Assembly: GCA_041940025.1 (NCBI GenBank)
Contig: JBGTSY010000001.1
Location: 445,362-509,361, forward strand
Reading direction: 5' to 3'
Source of the DNA: Thiotrichaceae bacterium
Lineage (GTDB): Bacteria; Pseudomonadota; Gammaproteobacteria; UBA5859
DNA: 64,000 nt
Of this stretch, positions 59,386 to 64,000 are shown piece after piece. Within the stretch, counting starts at the first letter, position 1. Every line of letters starts with the position of its first letter. The notes under the pieces were generated by a model that was not told where the DNA came from, ran no database searches, and worked only from the letters and a program-made list of their open reading frames with translations. Both the position numbers and the translations under genes were made by a program.

Positions 59386-60612
59386 ATGATTGAATTAGAA
59401 ATTCCTCAGAACTTAAAAAATATTAGGGACATGCTGCACGGATTAATGCAATCCAAAGTACGTCCCCTTTGTATTCAGGCTGACCGTGATGGTAAGTATC
59501 CCGAAAGTTTTTATGACGAAATAGCGCCGATGATGAGTGGCATGTCCCTAGGCGGTGGCGGCGGAGGCAGTAGCAAAAAAGGTGGTGGTATGTCAGACGC
59601 TGCGGGCATGAAAAACATGGCGCTGATGGCAATAGTTGCCGGTGAAGAGATTGGGTGGGGTGATCCCACTTTTGCGCTTAATATGCCCGGTCCCGGCACC
59701 GGTGGTCCGGCATTAGCGGCGCGAGGGACACCGGAACAGAAAGAGAAATACTTCGGCATGTTGGAAGGCAAGGGCGCGAAGTGGGCCGCTTATGGTTTAA
59801 CCGAGCCGGGAGCGGGCTCCGACGTGGCCAATATTAAAACCAGTTGCCGAAAAGAAGGTAATGAGTGGGTGATCAATGGTAGGAAGTGTTTTATTTCCAA
59901 TGGCGCCAAAGCGGAATGGACGATTGTGTTTGCAACGGTGGATCCGAAGCTGGGTCATGCGGGACAAAGAGTGTTCATTGTCGAGAAGGATACGCCGGGA
60001 CTCACAATTGGTAAGATTGAAAACAAGCTCGGATTCCGTGCTTCGGAAACCGCAGAAATGATCTTCGAAGAGTGTCGTGTTCCGGAGGAAAATTTAGTTG
60101 GGGGTGAAGCGGCCTATGAAGGCAAAGATAAAGCAAAAGAAGGATTCAAGACTGCGATGCAGTTTTTTGATACCAGTCGACCGATGGTGGGCATCATGGG
60201 GGTGGGCATTGGTCGTGCCGCCTATGAAGAGTTAGAGGCGTGGATTAAAGATCATTATTGGTTATCCAGACCTATCCCTCGCTATGCGGCCATTCGCGAT
60301 CGCCTGTTTGAGATGCAACAAAAACTGGAAGCAGCGCGGTTACTCTGTTGGAAAGCAGCCTGGATGGCAGATAACGGTATCGCCAATACCAAAGAGGCTT
60401 CTATGTCTAAAATGTACGGGCCGGGTATCGCCATGGAGATCTGTTCCGAGGCAGTAGATATCATGGGTACTCATGGTTCACTGTCTGGCACCATTGTCGA
60501 TAAGTGTTATCGCGATATTAAGGTATTTGATATTTTTGAAGGCACACATCAGATCCAGCAGACAGTGATTGCCAAACATCTATTCGATAGGGTGCCAATG
60601 ACGACTGGTTAA
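59386..60612 (+). CDS. Acyl-CoA dehydrogenase, catalytic subunit, with Gly-rich insertion
   Basis: IFEGTHQIQQ contains the catalytic Glu. An unusual insert MSLGGGGGGSSKKGGGMSDAAGMKN lies in the N-terminal domain. Confidence 0.8.
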   Translation: MIELEIPQNLKNIRDMLHGLMQSKVRPLCIQADRDGKYPESFYDEIAPMMSGMSLGGGGGGSSKKGGGMSDAAGMKNMALMAIVAGEEIGWGDPTFALNMPGPGTGGPALAARGTPEQKEKYFGMLEGKGAKWAAYGLTEPGAGSDVANIKTSCRKEGNEWVINGRKCFISNGAKAEWTIVFATVDPKLGHAGQRVFIVEKDTPGLTIGKIENKLGFRASETAEMIFEECRVPEENLVGGEAAYEGKDKAKEGFKTAMQFFDTSRPMVGIMGVGIGRAAYEELEAWIKDHYWLSRPIPRYAAIRDRLFEMQQKLEAARLLCWKAAWMADNGIANTKEASMSKMYGPGIAMEICSEAVDIMGTHGSLSGTIVDKCYRDIKVFDIFEGTHQIQQTVIAKHLFDRVPMTTG

Positions 60613-60638
60613 ACCAGCTGTTCGGCGCTAGACTAAAA

Positions 60639-60665
60639 AGCACAGCTGGCGCTGTGCTTTTTTTA
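60639..60665 (+). terminator. Rho-independent terminator after the ACAD pair
   Basis: agcacagc-tggc-gctgtgct followed by a T7 run. Confidence 0.55.
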
Positions 60666-60720
60666 TGCTAGGGTTGATTCTATTTTGCTCTTGATGCCAA
60701 CCATATAACGATCCCATAAA

Positions 60721-61857
60721 ATGAAAACATCAAATTCATTATCCAAGGATGATCAATCGTATCTCACTCGCTTGCGTGAAGAGTTGACCACACAAGCGAA
60801 GCACGTACTCGGTTATCCTTGTTCTCAGGCGTTTGATTATTCTCCTTTATACGATTTTTTAAGCTTACCAATAAACAATATCGGTGATCCTTATCTACCG
60901 AGTAGCTTTCGAGTCAACACCCATGAAATTGAGACGCAAGTTTTAGATGAGTTTTTAACGCTAACAAATGGAGACAAAAATCACCACTGGGGCTATGTCA
61001 CCAACGGCGGGACCGAAGGAAATATGTATGGTCTATTTTTAGCGCGCGAATTGTTACCTCAGGGCATTGTGTATTATTCTGAAGAGACCCACTACAGTGT
61101 GACTAAAATTTTACGGGTGTTGAACTTGCGTAATATCATGATTCGTAGCCAAGAGGATGGTGTTATAGATTATGAGGACTTGAGAGAAACTGTTCGAATC
61201 TATCGTGATGTACCGCCGATCATTATTGCTAATATTGGTACCACTATGAAAGGCGCGGTAGATGAGATTAAGGCAATTAAAAGTATTCTAAAGGAATTCT
61301 CTATTCCTAACTTTTATATCCATTGCGACGCAGCATTGAGTGGGATGATTTTGCCTTTCTTGACGGACGCTCCTGCATTCGATTTTACCTCTGGAGTAGA
61401 TAGTATCGCCATCAGTGGTCACAAGATGATTGGCTCCCCAGTCCCCTGTGGTGTCGTGTTAAGCAAGCGCGCTCATGTAGAACGTATTGCGCGACTAGTG
61501 GAATATGTGGGCAGTAGAGATACCACTATCTCAGGATCTCGCAATGGGTTAACGCCACTGTTTATGTGGTATGCCTTCAAAACCAAAGGGCGTGCTGGAT
61601 TTCGTGAGCTTGTTCATAAGTGTATTGAGTTGGCGGAATTTGCTGTCCAGGCGTTAGCTGACATCGGCGTTTTAGCTTGGCGACATCCTTATTCCACTAC
61701 TGTAGTGATGCCCCGGCTCAATCAAGCAGTGATTGAAAAATGGCAATTAGCACGATACAAAGATGTGTCACACATAATTATCATGCCTAACGTGACCAAA
61801 CAACACATACAGTTGTTGCTAAAAGATATTCAGAACTCAAACCGAGTGGAGGATTAG
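60721..61857 (+). CDS. hdc: Pyridoxal-dependent histidine decarboxylase (group II decarboxylase)
   Basis: 378 aa. WGYVTNGGTEGNMYG, THYSV and SGHKMIGSPVPCGVV (PLP-Lys) are nearly identical in pattern to enterobacterial/Morganella HDC. Confidence 0.85.
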   Translation: MKTSNSLSKDDQSYLTRLREELTTQAKHVLGYPCSQAFDYSPLYDFLSLPINNIGDPYLPSSFRVNTHEIETQVLDEFLTLTNGDKNHHWGYVTNGGTEGNMYGLFLARELLPQGIVYYSEETHYSVTKILRVLNLRNIMIRSQEDGVIDYEDLRETVRIYRDVPPIIIANIGTTMKGAVDEIKAIKSILKEFSIPNFYIHCDAALSGMILPFLTDAPAFDFTSGVDSIAISGHKMIGSPVPCGVVLSKRAHVERIARLVEYVGSRDTTISGSRNGLTPLFMWYAFKTKGRAGFRELVHKCIELAEFAVQALADIGVLAWRHPYSTTVVMPRLNQAVIEKWQLARYKDVSHIIIMPNVTKQHIQLLLKDIQNSNRVED

Positions 61858-61862
61858 ACACG

Positions 61863-62258
61863 ATGAAGCAGATTTCTGTGGTCTCTGAAGATAAACCAGG
61901 TGTCGTGGCTTTGATCAGCGAAGTGCTTGCCAATCACCAGATCAATATTAACTCACTGGATGCGGAAACGTTCGGTCAATGGGCGGTGACATTGGTGACT
62001 GTAGATAAATATGACGAAGCTCTCAGGGCGTTACGTTCAGAAACTACCTACAGAATATTAACTGAGGATGTTATTTTGGTGCGCATTGAAGATCGGCCCG
62101 GCGCGCTGGCAAAATTGGCACGCCTATTTCGTGATCGAGGTATTAATATTCGTAGTATGCGCATTATTCAACGGGGCGCTAACGACAGTGCTGTGGCGAT
62201 ATCGACTGATAAAACCAAAGAAGCACTCGAATTAGTTAAAGATATTTTAATCTCTTAA
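61863..62258 (+). CDS. Tandem ACT-domain protein
   Basis: Two repeats of the beta-alpha-beta-beta-alpha-beta ACT pattern (ISVVSEDKPGVVALISEVLA and ILVRIEDRPGALAKLARLF). 131 aa. Starts 5 nt after the hdc stop. Confidence 0.7.
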   Translation: MKQISVVSEDKPGVVALISEVLANHQININSLDAETFGQWAVTLVTVDKYDEALRALRSETTYRILTEDVILVRIEDRPGALAKLARLFRDRGINIRSMRIIQRGANDSAVAISTDKTKEALELVKDILIS

Positions 62259-62265
62259 TTGGTGC

Positions 62266-63129
62266 TTATAGCCAGTTACGGCAACTGCGATACCAACTGG
62301 GAGAAGTTTCCTCATTAGTAAGCGCTTCGTCATTAGGATCGAAAAAAGAAAAATTACCGTCAGCATCCATAGTAATGCCAATGGATTGTGAGACCTGGTT
62401 AACAAATATATAGTGGTGAGCATCCACCTCTGTCTCTATACCTAGACAGATATCTTCTTGATCAACTGTATCTCCATTTTCTTCAATCTGGGCAAACACC
62501 ACGCCATCTAATCTGCTATAGATACTTGCCATGAAGTTCATGTTGTAGTCTTCGTCGAAGTTAACCTGAATTGTTCGATAATCTGCCAGTGTAGGATTTT
62601 CCACATTATTGACCGCGTTTGAGCCAAACACTTGTACGATAAGATCTTGCAGGACTTGTTGAGTAGCCGGGGGCAGCTCCGCTATCGGCCTATCTTCTTG
62701 GGGCGTGCCTTTGTAAAACTCATTTGAGCAATCCCAATCGAAATAGGTCCCTTCTAAAATTAGGTCCCAATTTTTGGCATCAAAAATGAGATACAACACA
62801 GTGTTATCCCAAGAGGATCGGGGTTGTACATTCGCTATGGAGGCAATTTCAGGATCACCACTATTGGCTGCTGTATTGCGTATCGCCGCTAACTCTATCA
62901 ACACTCTTTCGTAGGTATTATCTATCGCCAATAAGGTTTTATCTCCTTCATAGGAGAGTTGTTCCGCGTCGAGGGCGGGTCGAGGTGATGCCTCCAAATC
63001 TGCAGGGGTAATGACTGCCTCAAAACCATCACAGGCCTCAACAGTGGGGGATGACTCTCCGCTGTGTTGGCAGCCAGCGAGTACAATCGTGGCGAATAGA
63101 AGAGAAAAGATGTAGTGTCGATTGCTCAT
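62266..63129 (-). CDS. Lipoprotein of unknown function
   Basis: Lipobox VLAGCQHS. 287 aa, acidic. Confidence 0.5.
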   Translation of the reverse strand: MSNRHYIFSLLFATIVLAGCQHSGESSPTVEACDGFEAVITPADLEASPRPALDAEQLSYEGDKTLLAIDNTYERVLIELAAIRNTAANSGDPEIASIANVQPRSSWDNTVLYLIFDAKNWDLILEGTYFDWDCSNEFYKGTPQEDRPIAELPPATQQVLQDLIVQVFGSNAVNNVENPTLADYRTIQVNFDEDYNMNFMASIYSRLDGVVFAQIEENGDTVDQEDICLGIETEVDAHHYIFVNQVSQSIGITMDADGNFSFFDPNDEALTNEETSPSWYRSCRNWL

Positions 63130-63535
63130 AAGTTACTTACTATTTTGGGGCGAATTTATTATCTGGCGCTTAGAAAGTTATCTATTCAAACATGCGTTTA
63201 ATTAAATTAATGTACCCCTATTTTTGTACTGATCGCTCTTCAAGTGAATGATATAAATGATTATTTTAATCAATATGACAATGTCATCTAAACGTCAAAA
63301 AGCATATTCTAAGGGCTATCTGGCTGATGTGGAAGTGAAACCTGACTTATTTATGGATTCTAAGCCCATTTGAATCGGTGAAAGAATTTTAAGGAAGCAT
63401 CCTGCTAGACATTAGGGATAACCTCTGGATTAACTGAAATAGTTGTACAATTATTAAAGACGACCTAATATTAAAATCATTTTGATTCACCTAACATAAT
63501 TAGAAATTGACAATATATTTTTGGGAGGAGGCCGG

Positions 63536-64000
63536 ATGTCTAGTACTGTATTTTTGTCTGGGTTGGTTTTAGTGTCATCTCTGTTGGTCCATCGTTTTCG
63601 CCAGCGTCAGCTTTTTGCTGAACTGCCTAAACGCAATCATGAAGAGTTTGAAGGCACCTTGTTTCAGGTAGATAGAAGTTTGGTGGCCTATCGTGCGGCG
63701 CGAAATGGTAGCTCGCAAACGATTGTTGCTATGCATGGTTGGGTAGAAGATCATCGATATTTTACTGAGCTCTATGGTCCAACTGACGCGGAACTGATTT
63801 TAATCAATAGTTGTGATTATCATGGACCAAATATCGGACAAGTGCGCGACACACCCAGTTGGGCTCAGACACCCAATTATGGCTTGGGCTCTATCGAGTA
63901 TGATGCAGCAATTCTGATTCAGGCCGTTGAGAACTTAGCAACAGGCAGTCAATTAAGACTGCATGGTCACTCTCGCGGTGGTGCGGTCGTGTTGGAATCT
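63536..64000 (+). CDS. Alpha/beta-hydrolase fold protein (3' end truncated by the window edge)
   Basis: Strong RBS ggaggagg 6 nt upstream of the ATG. N-terminal TM. Nucleophile elbow LHGHSRGGAV. Open to the window end, so it is absent from the ORF track. Confidence 0.6.
   Translation, partial: MSSTVFLSGLVLVSSLLVHRFRQRQLFAELPKRNHEEFEGTLFQVDRSLVAYRAARNGSSQTIVAMHGWVEDHRYFTELYGPTDAELILINSCDYHGPNIGQVRDTPSWAQTPNYGLGSIEYDAAILIQAVENLATGSQLRLHGHSRGGAVVLES

Noticed and set aside
1-64000. CRISPR arrays, IS elements, integrases, phage genes, toxin-antitoxin pairs
   Set aside because: None found. There are no regularly spaced direct repeats, no transposase or integrase-like ORFs, and no terminal inverted repeats flanking the accessory stretch.

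Overview
This is a chromosomal window from a Gram-negative, almost certainly gammaproteobacterial genome of roughly 45% GC. That call is inference from gene content and order.

The two ends carry a Pseudomonas-like conserved backbone. The left end (1-18.4 kb) has a partial HD-GYP response regulator, thrB, TRAP dctQM, a hybrid sensor kinase, fkpA, a ybbA/ybbP-like ABC pair, a LOG protein, polA, divergent engB, cytochrome c5/c4, dsbA and an EEP nuclease. The right end (38.1-54 kb) has a complete ADP-heptose operon (gmhA-gmhB-hldE-hldD) and an LPS lipid A/inner-core block: lpxL, a waaL-like ligase, two methyltransferases, and waaF-waaC-waaG-waaP with two further LPS kinases and two glycosyltransferases.

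Between them (18.5-38.1 kb) is a likely accessory stretch with long AT-rich non-coding gaps. It encodes:
- an 873-aa lipoprotein co-transcribed with an Sfp-type 4'-phosphopantetheinyl transferase;
- a MORN-repeat protein;
- a tolC-family outer-membrane factor divergent from a type II thioesterase, an MFP and an RND pump;
- a PAP2-like protein, an ammonium transporter, a Gly-tailed hypothetical, a transglutaminase-like protein, an OM beta-barrel and an acyl-ACP-reductase (AAR)-like Rossmann protein.

The far right carries a PAS-GGDEF-EAL protein, a probable heteromeric acyl-CoA dehydrogenase pair behind a perfect palindromic operator, a pyridoxal-dependent histidine decarboxylase with an adjacent tandem-ACT protein, a lipoprotein and a partial alpha/beta hydrolase.

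I found no rRNA, tRNA, CRISPR array or IS/transposase. The most system-like unexplained feature is the dispersed carrier-protein toolkit (PPTase, type II thioesterase, AAR-like reductase) around the TolC/MFP/RND exporter, with no NRPS, PKS or ACP visible in the window.
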